A stretch of 64,000 nucleotides of DNA from contig OZ038378.1 of the NCBI GenBank assembly GCA_964036045.1, positions 131,626,001 to 131,690,000 of the forward strand, given 5' to 3'. Origin of the DNA: Eutreptiella sp. 'Long Island Sound 2002'. Lineage: Eukaryota > Protista > Euglenida. Positions 1 through 12,439 of this stretch are shown here, in pieces. Position 1 is the first letter of the stretch, and each line of letters begins with the position of its first letter. Made by a program: the position numbers and the translations under genes. Under the pieces are notes generated by a model. That model made no database searches. It saw only the letters and a program-made list of their open reading frames with translations, and was not told the origin of the DNA.

Positions 1-717
1 GACTACAAACCTGTAGCACTTGAGCCCAAATTTGGCCCAGGGCAACCATATCCTTGTCCCCCATGACGGCCATGACGATGACCCATAGGAAGGCGGGTGT
101 GCGCGCCTTTAGCCCATGGTTCAATAGCCGCACCGATAGCTGCGACCAACTGCCATTGGCGCAAGGATACCCGTCACCCCGCACCACAAAGGTGAGGGGG
201 CGGGTCCAGTCAATAGACTGGCACAATGCCGGCCGGGATTGCACGTATTGTGCCCACGACCGCAGGGGCCAGCAGCGACCCGACGATGGGAGGTGGGCAC
301 ATTCCACCGGGGGGGACAACGCAGGCGGAGCGGTCAATGACTTCCACGTTGCGCCAAATGGGTCCCGTGTGGGGATGGGCCGTGGGAAGGGGAGTCCTGT
401 GCGGGCGATGTACGCGTCGCCCTGGCGGGTGATGTACTCAAACAACGGGGTGCACCCAACTCCAAAAGGAGCCCTATCACATAGGGTGCGGGAAAGAGGG
501 CCTCCGCATACGTACGGATGGCCTGCACCTTGGTTTTGTGGACCGCCGGGAGGGGAGCGTGGTCCATTGCATCCGTAAAACGGGCCCGGATCAGGGGGGA
601 CGATGACATCCGTTGGGCCAACAGGTCGGAACACTTGCTGTCCCGAAGACTGGTGGCACCACGGAGCCGACCAAGCAGCATGTTGAGATCCATGAAGACG
701 GAGGGAGGGTAAGACAT
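1..717 (-). pseudogene. 5' part of RAG1/Transib-like DDE transposase (family copy C), frameshifted and cut by the window edge
   Basis: Minus-strand translation gives MSYPP...LRGATSLRD...SSSP...AIRTYAEALFP...LLLELGAPRC, homologous to the N-terminus of copies A and B. It then reads PALCQSIDWTRPLTFVVRGDGYPCANGSWSQLSV...PAFLWVIVMAVMGDKDM, matching copy B PPLCRMIDWSFPPTFIVRGDGYPCAGGEWTQLSV...PAYVWVIGLAICGDKAM. The first catalytic Asp codon is at 173-175. Confidence 0.75.
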
Positions 718-742
718 AACAAAAAATCTGTGGACAAAGAAG

Positions 743-832
743 CGTTCATTAAAGCTGTTCATAAGTCACGGTTCATATATGAACCGTTCATATATGAAAT
801 ATGAATTATGAACAATACTACTTTCAATACAG
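743..832. repeat. GTTCAT/ATGAAC hairpin cluster with a perfect 20-bp palindrome; possible subterminal region and terminus of copy C
   Basis: ACGGTTCATATATGAACCGT at 768-787 is its own reverse complement, and several GTTCAT and ATGAAC words surround it. The reverse complement of 809-830 (GTATTGAAAGTAGTATTGTTCA) loosely resembles the family terminus. Confidence 0.5.
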
Positions 833-844
833 GTACCAAGGGCC

Positions 845-1444
845 ATGCTATAAGCGGACAACAGCAACTTCAACGAGGAAAGATTTTGCTAAGCGGTAAT
901 GGTTGTGGATTTGCTTAAAAGCCTCTGTTCCCTGAATATGAAACGGTGGCAACATTTCATGAAGCGGAGATTCCAGCTCATTTTGCGGCTCCGCAAGTCC
1001 AAGTTGAAAGCAAGATTTGCGGCTAGAAATAATTCTGCTAAGAAGGAACGGTTGCGGCTTTGCATAAAAACCTCACTTGCCTTAATCGAAAACAGTGGCG
1101 CCATTTGATGGGGCAGATGGTCCACCTAACCTCCGACCTCAACTACTCTAAGCCGACAAGAGCAATTTCAACGAAGAAAGATTTTGGTGAGAGGTAATGG
1201 TTGAGGCTTTGCATAAAACCCCCTCTTGCATTGGTCTAAAACAGCGGCACCATCTGATGCCGCGCATAGTCCAGCTCACCTTGGACGTCCAATACTCTAA
1301 GCGGAACACAATAATTTCAACAAGGAAAGACTATGCGAAGAGGTAACGCTTGGGGCTTTGCAAAGAACCCTCTCTTGCCTTAATCTGAAGCACTCGCACC
1401 ATTTGCTGAGGCGAATAGTTGAGCTCACTTGGTACCTCCACTGC
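845..1444 (-). repeat. ~150-bp satellite, inverted block (~4 units)
   Basis: Reverse complement of the unit at 1445-3700. Positions 947-992 are the exact 46-bp reverse complement of 1515-1560. Confidence 0.85.
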
Positions 1445-3700
1445 CTGCAAAGCCCCTACCCTTACCTAGCAGAATCGGTCCTAGCTGAATTTCTTCATTT
1501 GAGCTTGGAGCAGTGGAGCCGCAAAATGAGCTGGAATCTCCGCTTCATGAAATGTTGCCACTGTTTCACATTAAGGCAAGAGAGGAGTGTACGCAAATAG
1601 TCAACCATTACCTCTTAGCAGAGTCTTTCCTTGTTGAAAATCGCCTCTGTAAGCCTAGATGAGTGGAGCTGCAAAGTAAGGTGGACCATCCGCCTCATCA
1701 AATGGTGCCACAGATTAAGGCAAGAAAGGGTTCTGTGCAAAGCCCCAACCATTCCCCTTGACCAAAGTCTCTCTCTGTTGAAATTGTTGCCGTCGGCTTA
1801 GAGCATCGGACGTCCAAAGGGAGCTCACCTACCCGCCCCATCAAATGGTGCTACTGTATCAGATTAACGCAAGAGAGAGTTGCATGCAAAGCCCCAACCA
1901 TTACCTCTTAGCAGAGTCTTTCTTTATTGAAAATTGCTCTTGTCTGCTTAGAGCAGTGGAGGTCCAAAGTGAGGTTGACTACCTGCTCCATCAAATGTTG
2001 CCATGGTTTGTGCTTAAGGCAAGACGGTGTTCTATGCAAACCGCCAAGCATTACTTCTCGGCATATTTATTTCTCGCTTGAAATTGTCGTTGGCGACTTA
2101 GAGCAGGGGGGTCCCAACTGGGCTCGACTATCCGTCCCACCTAATGGCACCACGGTTTTTGCCTAAGGCTAAGAGAGAGTTCTATGCAAACCCCAACCAT
2201 TACTTCTTAGGCGAATTCTTCATTGTTGAAATTGTCGCCGTTCCCTCAGAGCGTTGGAGGTCCAAGGTGAGCTTGACTATGCGCCCCATCATACGGTGCC
2301 ACTGTTTTAGATCAATGCAAGAGAGGATTCTATGCAAAGCCTCAACCATTACCTCTCACCAGAATGTTTCTTTGTTGAAATTGTTGTTGTCGGCTGAGAG
2401 CAGTGGAGGTCCGACGTTAGGTGCCTCATCCGGCCCCATCAAATGGTGCCACTGTTTCAGATTAAGGCAAGAGAGGGTTCTGTGTAAAGCCTCAACCATT
2501 ACCCCAGCCCAAAATCTTTCTTTGTTGAAATTTTTGCTGTCGGCTTAGAGCATCCGAGTTCCAAACTGAGCTCAATTACCGGCCCCATCAAATGGTGCTA
2601 CTTTATCACATGAACACAAGAGAGAGTTCAATGCAAAGCCCCAGCCATTAACTCTTAGCAGATTTTGTCTTTGTGGAAAAGTGCTGTAGTTAGCTTAGAG
2701 CAGTGGAGGTCCAAAGTGAGTACGACTATTTGTTTCATCAAATGTTGGCACCGTTTCTGCTTCAGGACAAAGAGATTTCTTTGCAAAGGCCCAAGCAATA
2801 CCTCTTAGCATGGTTTTTCCTCTTTGAAATTGTTGTTGTCGGCTTAGGGTAGCGGGGTCCAAAGTGAGCTCGACTATCCGTCCCACCTAATGGCACCACG
2901 TGTTCTGATTCAGGCAACATAGACTTCTATGCAAACTCCAACCATTACCTCTTAGCCGAATTGTTCCTTGTTGAAATTGTTGCTGTTGATTTAGAGCAGT
3001 GGAGGTCCAAAGTGAGCCCAGCTGTCCATGCCACCTAATGGCACTAAGGATTCTGATTCAGGCAGCAGCGAATTCTATGCAAACCCGAACCATTACCTCT
3101 TAGCCGAATTGTTCCTTGTTGAAATTGCTGCTGTTGGCTTGCAACAGTGGAGGTCCAAGGTGAGCTCCACTGCAGGCACCATAAAATGGTGCCACTTTTT
3201 CAGATTTACGCAAGAGAGGGTTCTCAGCAAAGGCCAAAGCATTGCGTCTTGGCATTATCTTTCTTTGTTGAAATTGCTGTTGTCGGCCTACAGCTGTGCG
3301 GGTCCAAAGTGTGGTCCACTATCCGCCCCATCAAATGGCACTACGGTTCAAGACTGAGGCGAGAGAGAGAGAGAGAGAGAGACAGAGAGAGCTGTGCAAA
3401 GCCCCAACCATTACCTCGTAGCAGAATCTTTTTTCGTTGAAATTGCTACCTTTAGGTTACCGCACTTGAGGTCCGAAGTGAGCTCAACTATCTGCCCCAT
3501 CAAATGGTCCCGCATTTTCACATTACGGCAAGACCGATTTCGATGCAAAGTTCCAAGTATTACCTCTTAACACGGTCCTTCCTCGTTGAAATCGTTGACT
3601 TCAGCTTAGAGCAATGGAGGTCCCAAGTAACCACGACTATTCGCCTCAGCAAATGGTGCTACTGCTTCACATTGAGGCAAGAGAGGGTTCTTTGCAAGAG
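1445..3700 (+). repeat. ~150-bp satellite (~15 diverged units)
   Basis: The AAATGGTG-like anchor recurs at 1700, 1843, 1993, 2142, 2291, 2441, 2590 and 2740, a period of mostly 149-150 bp. The unit contains gttgaaattg...ttagagcagtggaggtccaaagtgagc. A (GA)n tract is embedded at ~3357-3390. Confidence 0.92.
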
Positions 3701-4029
3701 AAGTTCGAAAAATCTTGTCACCATTGTCATGCTTTGCCATCGAGGGGGGTCATCGAAGGCTGAAGCGCATTTTGCGCAATAGCGGGGGCCTAAGCCTCCT
3801 CCGGGGGAGGCTACGGGTGCACGTGGTTGTGGCCAACCCCACCATTGGTGATAGCGTTGCGGCGCATTGGTGCTATACAACCAAAAGGGCACAACATGGG
3901 CACGGACCCATCAATGTCCAAAGGTACACGAACCGTACTAGAAAACGTCTTCTAAGCGACGTGCAACACCTTAAAACCTTAGAGAGGCTGTTCGGACACT
4001 GCAAGTCCTAAAACAATGTGTGCATGCCC

Positions 4030-5010
4030 ATCGCTGATATGCAACATGGTGTACAATGTATGGGATATCACTGCCACCCCTAAAGCCATTTCTACCGGCA
4101 ATCGGTGATGTGTGACATGGTTTACAAGATATGGGATATCAATGCAGCCCCTGAAACCATGTCTCCATGCCCAGCAGCAATATGCAACATGGTGTACAAC
4201 GTATGGGATATCACCGCAACGGCCGAAACCATGTCTCCATGCGAAATCGTGATATGCAACATGGTGTACAAGGTGCGGGATATCACCGGAGCCCCTGGAA
4301 CCATGTCTCCATGGGTAGCGGTGATATGCAACATGGTGTACATGGTGTGGGATATGACTGCAGCCTTGAAACCATGTCTCCATGGCAGTGGATGTATCAT
4401 GGTGTACAACGTGTAGGATGTCACTGAAGCCCTGGAAGCCATGTCTCCATGAGAACCCGTGATATGCAGTATGCTATACGAGGTATGGGATACCACTGCA
4501 GCCTTTGAAACCATATCTACATACACATCTGATATGCAACATGGTGTACAAGTTATGGTCCATCACCACCGCCCATGAAACCAGGTGTGCATGCCCACCG
4601 GTGATATGCAACGTGGTGTACAATGTAAGCGATATCACCGCAACCACTGAAATGATCTTGCCATGGGCACTGGTGATATGTAACATGGTGTATTAGGCGT
4701 AGGATATCACCGTAGCTCCCGAAACCATGTCTACACGGGTAGAAGAATATGCAACATGCCGTACAAGGTATGGGATATCATCGCAGCCCCTAAAACCATG
4801 TTGTTATGCCCAACGGTGATATGCAACATTGTGTACAAAGCATGGGATATTACTGTAGCCCGTGAAACCATATCTCCATGGGCAACCGTGATATTCGACA
4901 TGGTGTGCAATATGTAGGGTATCACTGCGCCCCTGGAAACCATGTCTACATACGCAGCGGTGATATGCAACATGGTGTATGCGTTATGGGATATCACTGC
5001 AGCCCTTGAG
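4030..5010 (+). repeat. 72-bp minisatellite (~13.5 units)
   Basis: The atatgcaacatggtgtacaa anchor recurs at 4037, 4108, 4180 and 4252, a period of 71-72 bp. Confidence 0.92.
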
Positions 5011-5059
5011 GCCAAGCGGTCCCTTGGTTAGGGCTCTTGGGGGTCCCAGTTCACAAGGG

Positions 5060-6520
5060 TTTCTACCCCTGCTATACCTGTTACCGCCTTCGGGTTCCCC
5101 CCATCCGTAGAGTTGTGGGCTGGGCGCTCAACTCCGGATAACCTACTAGCTCCTTGCCGCCGCTCATACGGAGGGGATCCCGTTCGTGGGCTACCTCCTC
5201 CATGCCGTGTACCCCGGGTACCCGCTGTACCTGGCCCTGGGCGTTGGCAGCCACGCAAGGTATGCAACAATACCAGGGGTCATAGCCACGGGGTAGCAGT
5301 AGCAGATTGTTAGTCCCAGTCCAAAGTGTTGCGGGGATGAGTCTCTTGTTAACCAAAAACCCGGATTCTGCCAGGGCTTAACTCCTGAACTAGTACAAAA
5401 GCCAGGGCCCCCCTAGGCAATTATTGCCCGCGGAGATGCGATGAGGCTTGGCCACCATCTAACTGCAGGCCCGCCATACCTCTGAGAGGCTGCCTTGTGG
5501 CGGCCGGTCAAGCCCAAATTTGGGTGGCAGCACTTAAGAGGGCCCAGAGGAGACCCTTCAACCCTTTTAGGCATTACTTACGGCAGTATAGCAGTATGTG
5601 TGCTAGTCAATACTGCAGCACTTTCTTTCTTACCCCGCAGACAGGCCCCTTGTGGTGGTGCGCTCACCATGGGGGCTGCCCATTGGGGGAACCGGGGCTG
5701 TTACCCGTTCCCAAAGCCTTCCCTCGGCCGTGGATTGTGGGTTTACATTATACAAATACTAAGGTTTATTGTTGGGTACGTACTACTTCACTTAATACAT
5801 ACAGAGCGTCGTTCACGGTCGTTGTGAAGTTTCCAAGCTAGGAGGGGGGCCACCCCTTGTTCATTGTTCTAGGCGAGGGCGAGTCTGATTCGGGCCGTCT
5901 CGTTAACGGGCCTCATCGCCCATTCCGTGGGGTCCTTGTGTCCCCTTCCCTTGTGTCCGAGGGCTCCGCCCGGCATAGGGCACCACCCACAAGTGGAGGC
6001 ACAAGGGCAGGGGCTTGGAGTGGGGTATGGGGGAGCGCTCATCGTGCGGTGGCAGGGCATCTTGCAATGGCAGGGCATCTTGCATAGGCAGGGCATCCTG
6101 CGCTAGGCAAGGTATGCCGCGCACTTGTGGGGAAGTCGGTGAGGGTGGGCACAGGAGGGGGGGAGACTTGCAAGGGCGACGGGGGGCGCTGCATAACTGG
6201 CCCGGGGGGGGAGGCGTGCTAGGCCGCGGCGCTGGGCCACTTGTGTGGGGAGTGCGCGTGCGGGGCAAAGGATGGGAGGTTGTGCTAGCCGTGCTCGCTA
6301 GGCGTCGCTGGCCGTTACCGAAGCCCAGACGGCCGGTACTAGGGGGCTGCGAGATCTGTGGGGTTGGTGTTTGGCATTGGGGCGTGCGCACACCTGACAC
6401 GGTTGGTACATCTCGCAGAGGGTGGTGCCCGGGCCCCGTCATGCGGGGCTTCGCACCCGGCACGCAATCCATGGGCTAGGACTGGGGAGTACTCACGGGG
6501 TGGTGTGGTGTGTTATGTGG
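5060..6520. repeat. Long direct repeat R1 (3' UTR of LINE 1) containing a conserved hairpin-rich block
   Basis: Collinear homology with 13500-15350, for example GGGGTAGCAGTAGCAG, GGGCTTAACTCC, TTACCCCGCAGACA and GCTGGCCGTT..CGGCCGGTACT..GGGGAGTACTCA in both. Confidence 0.85.
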
Positions 6521-6707
6521 TGTGCCGAAGGCGCTGTTACGAGCATGCAATGGCCGGGATGTATACCCACAGGTACAGGTAAACGGGAGGGGTGTGCGTG
6601 TGGTGTGCGCGATGTGCATAAGTGTGTGGTTTCGGGGCGAAATAGGGGGAGTTGGGGGATTGTGGAGGTTTCCCCTTTGATAAGAGTTGTCATACCACGA
6701 GCTCCCG

Positions 6708-9700
6708 CTATACTCCCTCTCTTTCCGCTTGCTGGTGCAGGCGTAGCTGTTGCAACACCCACTCCATCGTGCTGCATGGGCCCAGCCGGGCTTTTAGCAA
6801 CACGGCACGCGCCTTGGCGTGGGCGTACCAGACTCCAATGGACTCCTCGATCACGGGACGGGTGAACCCTATCCCCAGCGGGTGGGCCCTGAGAACTCCA
6901 CGGGGTCCCGCTGCATTGAGGGGGTCCGCAAGGGTGCTGCCCACTGCTCCACTGTAGCCCGCTCCCACAGCTGGTGGCGCAACGGGGGTGCCCGTGTCCC
7001 CACCCTCCGGTTGAGCCATTCCGCCAGTCGCATGCGGGCTTGCTCCCACCCATGGCACTGGGCCGAGCATTCCCAGAGGTGGGGTGCCGTCTCAAGGTGC
7101 GCCCCACAGAGGAGGCACGTTTTATCCGGCACCGTGTCTTAGTGGGAAGAGCGTTCGACCGGAACAATCATTGTAGGGATGTTGTCCATGCGTTGTGCCG
7201 TGATGTGACGCTGCTGGTCACTATCGAACCAGCAAAGGGGGAGCCCACCTTCTGACATGTAATTCACTCCCCACCGGCCCACATAGCTGGCCCGCGCCGG
7301 TATAAATGCCCAATTTTGCTCCAGTCGCTCACCGCCGACAGGGACAGCAGACACCGGTCCCGGTAGGTCACCAGGGGAGGAAGGAGAAAGGGCGCCGTAG
7401 GAGCCATGTTGGGTCCACCTCTGGTAGTTCCTTTGTCGCTGCATGAACACCGACGTTCTTGTCCGTTATCCAGTGCGACGGTGTGGTAACCACGTTGATG
7501 GCCAACTTTGGGGAGAGGCGTTTGCCCCCCCACGACAGCGGCGTAGAGGTGAAGTAAGCCATTTCCACAATGGCACCCCTCCTGGTACGTGCGCAGGGCC
7601 CCCACCGCCGCCTCGGAGTTTGGCACCAGCCAATGGACACCTGGCTGTTGCGCCAGTCTGCGGACGTACGCGAGGAGGATGACGGCCTCTCCTTCCTGGG
7701 AGGTGCCTATCCGTGAGGCCACGTGGGCCTAGTAGGCGGCGGGTCCGCTTTGGGCGAGTCCCGCAATCGCCATGTCTGCCTCCGTGGTTCTAGCATCAAC
7801 TACGGCGACGGTACCGCGGAGAGTGGCCAGCGCCGGCAGGTCATGGAACCAAATGCCCGGCTTGACCTCGGGGGCCAGCACTCTCGGGGGGTCGGTCGCC
7901 CGGCCGTGTGGCGCAAGGAGGGCTAGTTCCCCATGGTGCACCTGGAGCAGGGTTCGCAGGGCACGGCGGAGCTCCGCCGGTACGGTTCCCACTGTATTGA
8001 GGGAGTAGTAGAGGGGACCCTTGTTCGGGTGCCCCGGGCACCTGTGCGCTACACACTCCGCAGGGTACTTGAATTTTGCCACTGCTGCCCGGGCTATGGC
8101 CATCCATGGACACGGCGCCAACGCCGTGGTGACGGTGATTAGGGGCTCCTGCGACTCCAGGGCCCACGGCCAGTAGGTGTCGGCCGGGAGAGCGCACATC
8201 CACACGATGGTGGGCGCCCAAATCCCCACGCTTTGCCGATGGGCCAGGGACACGTGGTGTTGGTCGTCCCATAGTCTTGCATGTAGGGGCGTGTGGACCT
8301 GCACTTCAATGCCTAGAAGGGCCACTAGGAGGCGGTGTAGTCTAGGGTCGCTCGGCAGCGTGTCCGGGGGTTGCCAGCATTCCCGGAATTCCGGCGCCCT
8401 GTCTGCGGCCTCCATTGTGTCCTTCATGGCCGTGGTCACCTTGTTTGGATGTCCTCCGTGGTACACGTTTCCCACCCGGGTGGCTTTGGCCACCCGGCGT
8501 CCGATGACCACTTCCGACAGGTACGCGGGCACGGCGCCCGGGATCCATTCCTTAGGCGCAGGGTGCCACCGCGGCGGGGTCATCACCAGGAGGGGCGCCA
8601 AGCCAGCATCGTGGGGGGCCAGCCACGCCCTAAGGCCTGGGATACCCTTGCGGGTTGGCGCCCGTTCCTTCAGGGTACGCTCCGGTTTGACATGGTGGTC
8701 CTCAGTGTACAGGTCACCAAGGTGGTGGTATCCCAAGGCCTGCACCGTTTCGTAGATTGTCGGGGGGATGATCACTTGTACGGCATCGCCGTACTGGGTT
8801 GGGTAGTCCTCCACCTGGGGAGCAGGGGCCGCCGCTGCCCCCACCCGGGGCCCGCCGGGGCCCTGTACTAGGATGGGGGACGTTCCTGAGCAGGGGCCGG
8901 GCATCCACATGGGCATGGCCACGTCATCCACTACCCGCTGCAGCGTAGCGATGAGGTGGGGACATCTGGGGTGGTGGGTGTGCTGCCCCGGCCTAAGCAC
9001 AGCACGACCTCCCCCTCTGAGCACCTTGACTGGACGACCGCGGTTTGCCACGAGGGTGCGGATCGGGTCAAACCCTGGCGGCTATGCTCCCAAGGGTCCC
9101 AAATCGCTTCGGTGTGGGCATGGCGGGTGATTCCCGTCATGTGTTTGTACGCGCTCACCATGAGGGCGTCGTTGGCTGCGTGTATCTGAGCCGTGGGGTG
9201 GTAAACGCTGGCCAGGGCGAGCAGCTTACCCGGGAGCTTTGCCATCAGCACCATCATGGCCGCGTCCGGGGAGAGCCGCTGGGGGCGGGGCTGCCTCCAT
9301 ACCGCCGCCCGGATCTCCGCCAGGTTGCGGGGGGCTGTGGGTTTGCTCTGGAGGTAGGTGTCCGTCCCCATATAGCAGAGAACTCGGGAGGGGTGGGTCT
9401 CCGGGGCCCCGGCCAAAGACTCCTCTCGTTGGTCCGGGGTATTCGCCACCCATGCGCGGCCCATGTGACGGGTCACGGCCGCCGGAGTGGGCGACCGCAG
9501 GGACTGGGGGTCTGAGGTCGACCCGTGCTGGATTTTGCGGTTTGGGACATGTACCCGTAGGATACCCTTGTAGTACGTCCGCTGGTCCAGCAGCACCCCC
9601 TGTATAGGGCGGGCGCCGCCCCGTTCCGGGAGGACGATCGTGTTGTCCACCCACATGAGCCCTGGAAAGCGGAACGGCTCCACTGCAAAGGCCATGTATG

Positions 9701-12050
9701 CCATGTCCATGAAGCGCAGGAACGGGAGAACCGCCGTGGCTCCTGCATGGACCCCTTGGGTAGTGCCTTGTGGAGTACTCAAGAGCTGGGTCAGGGTACT
9801 CAAATGCTAGGGGCCCAAGGGCAAGGTGTACGAGAATCCTTTTGTGTGGGTGGCGAGGTGGTCTGCCCACTCGGGCTGCCACGATTGGGTGAACATCCTG
9901 GGCGATCACGTTGAAAAACTTCGCGAGGTCTTTGATAAGGACATCCACCAACTGGTGCTGAAGTTTGGCAAGGTCCAACTTCATGTGCACCGTGCGGACC
10001 ACTTCTTGGAGGGACACTCCCCGCATGACTCCTACTAGACAGGGCCCCCCCGACGCCCGCTCGTAGATAGCCGTGGCCAGGGCATAGAAGGCCGTGGGTT
10101 CCAGCTTTGAGATGTGGGAGGAGATGGTGATGCCCTGGAGGTTGGCTTCTTGGACGGGTTGGTCCGGGTTTCTAAAGAGCAGGGTAAGCCGCCCATGCCT
10201 GCCCACCGTGCAGCACATGGTGTGGCTGCGCATGACGGCGCAAAGGGCCACCTAGTCCGCCTCCGTCAGATGCCGGTACCAGGAGATGTCAACGCAAACG
10301 TCCGCCTCGGGTAATCGGAGGTTTGGGCCGCGGGCTATGCCGGATTGCACCTCCCAAAGGTGGCGAGGCTAGACATAGGCTTCCCGGGCCGGCGGGGCTC
10401 TAGGTATCACTCGAAATGGGCCCACCTTCGGGGTCGTCCCGGATCCGGGAGTTGTGGCCATGGAGCCGCATGCGACTCAAGTTTTGGGCAGACAACGCCT
10501 CCCTGGGGTTCCGAAGCGCCTTGCCGTGCAAAGGGATTTCCGAGAGATCCCACGGGGGGCCCCGACTGCTCCGTTGCGCCTCCCTCCACTGCTCCGGGGT
10601 GCACCGCAGGTTGCGGGCCTTTTGCGTGCGCCGGAGGGCCCGGCGCTTGATATCCCGAAGGCTTTGCTGGCGTTGGGCTTCCCCCAGAGCAAGAAGGCTC
10701 CTTTTGAGGGCGTGCCCCACCGCTTCGTAGTTGCCCAGCATGTTTTGGGTCGCCGTCGTAAAATGTGCCACGGAGGGGAGCATGCTGCGTGCTGGGAAAC
10801 GCGGTTCCGGAGTCTTGGAGGAAGGGGCTCGCTCCGCGGGGCGTGCCCGGAGGCGGTAGTGCCGGAAACGGAGGCCCCGGACCCTGCCTGTGGCGTGGGC
10901 CCAATCATAGATTGCCCGCTATAGGCCTTCAAGCCATCGGGCCGGGGCGACTTGGGGGTTGCTGTCTCTGCCGGAGAGTAGTGAGCTCTGGAAATTAGCC
11001 GCATCCGCTGGGGACAAAGCCACCGAGCCCAAATAGTACTCCGGCGTGCAGGACACCGTATGGGGGCTGGATTTTTCCAGCCGGACCACCGGAAAGGCGA
11101 CGGTGAAGAGGAGGGGGGCATGGTGGTCCGAGTGGAGGGTGCTTCCGCAGTAGCGGTAGGAAGCTATGGTGCATGGCGCCTCCGTGTGGCAGGCGATCGT
11201 GTCATTGCGGGGGCGTGCGGTCCCTTGGAAGCAGGAGTACGTCCCCTACGGGACTGGGTGCAGGTCCACTAGGTCAGCTTAGTCCGAAGGCCCACAGGAG
11301 CGCGCCGTAGCCTGTATCATCGGGGCGCGGAGTTCCCCGGTCTGCCGGTCGGGCCGCCGAGTTGGTGTCGGTCACCACCAGAACGGTCACCGCGTCCACG
11401 ATGCAGGTGACCTTTCGCCAGATGTCTGTCCACCATCGCACATATGGCTCTACGCCAATGTAGATTTGGGGGGCATGGGCCGCCAACACGTGATGCTTTC
11501 TCCACGGGGTCAACACTTCCATGAGGAGGGCGTTCGCGTCCTCCTTGCCCCAGATTAGGGTTGTCCAGGTGGTTTCTCCCGGCGAGAATACACGTCGAGA
11601 CCTGCCCCCGTCTTTTTTTGGGCGGGGAGCACGACGTGCCGGGTGTAGTCCTCGAAAGGGGGGTCCTCAGGGCCTGCCTTGGATTGGGCCTCGGCCAAGA
11701 TGAGGATCGTGGGGCGGCGCGCCGCCATGTGTAGAGCCTCCGGGGTGCGGTAGTGCCGGTGGTAATCCGCACGGTCATCTCTGCCGAGACTATCATAGCC
11801 TCGGCTGCGGCGGTGGAAGGGGAAGGGGGAAGGGGATCGGCGGTCGTCCTCTTGGAGGTCAGCGGCACGCGGCCGCGCCGCCTGGGGCGCCGGCGCAGTT
11901 CCACCGGTCACGCCGGCACCAGGGTTTTGTCGCGCTAGGGGCGCTTGTTGTGCGGCCCCATGGGGCGGCGTAGGATTCTCGGAGCGGCGGTCCAGGCCTG
12001 CCACATGGCCTTACAGGTAGGCCAGCTCCAAGTATCGGCGATCACGGGGC
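6708..12050 (-). pseudogene. APE endonuclease / reverse transcriptase / RNase H / zinc-knuckle polyprotein with multiple stops and frameshifts
   Basis: APE: PTILILAEAQ (~11700), VLVVTDTNS, TYSCFQG..RNDTI..SDHHAPL (~11110-11270). RT: NLQGITISSHISKL, IKDLAKFFNVIAQD, QGTTQG, MWVDNTIVL. RNase H: VPNSEAAVGAL, VVTTPSHW...N. C-terminal CLLCGAHLETAPHLWEC at ~7070-7120. Confidence 0.85.
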
Positions 12051-12439
12051 GGTACCACTGGCAGCGATGAGGCCGGCGGGGGGGGGGGGGCTGGGGTAGC
12101 CCATAGCGCGGCTCGCGCAAAAAGTCCGCGGGGTAGGCTGGCTGCGAGTGGATCTCGAGCAGCGGTTGGTGGGGCGTGTAGCGGCTATGGGTATATTAGG
12201 GGGGGGGAGCCCGGGCGTAGTACGGGGACTTCGCAGGGTGCGGCACATGCGGGCCCCCTGGGATGGGAGGGCGCCGTGCATAAGGGGTAGTGGGTGTTGT
12301 AGGGAACATGCTTAGTCACTGGGTTGCACAAACGAGAGCGGGCAGGCGTGGTGGACACCTCATGCCCGGGCACTGCGCTCCCTGATAGCCGGGTCGCCCA
12401 GTGCTTAGGCGCCTGCTACTGCTCCAGCTCTTGCGTTGG

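Noticed and set aside
5290-5720. Specific call of an HDV-like, hammerhead, twister or pistol ribozyme
   Set aside because: Some words (TAACTCC, GCGAA/GCGAT, TTAGGGCC) are suggestive, but I could not assemble a complete consensus fold on either strand in both copies.
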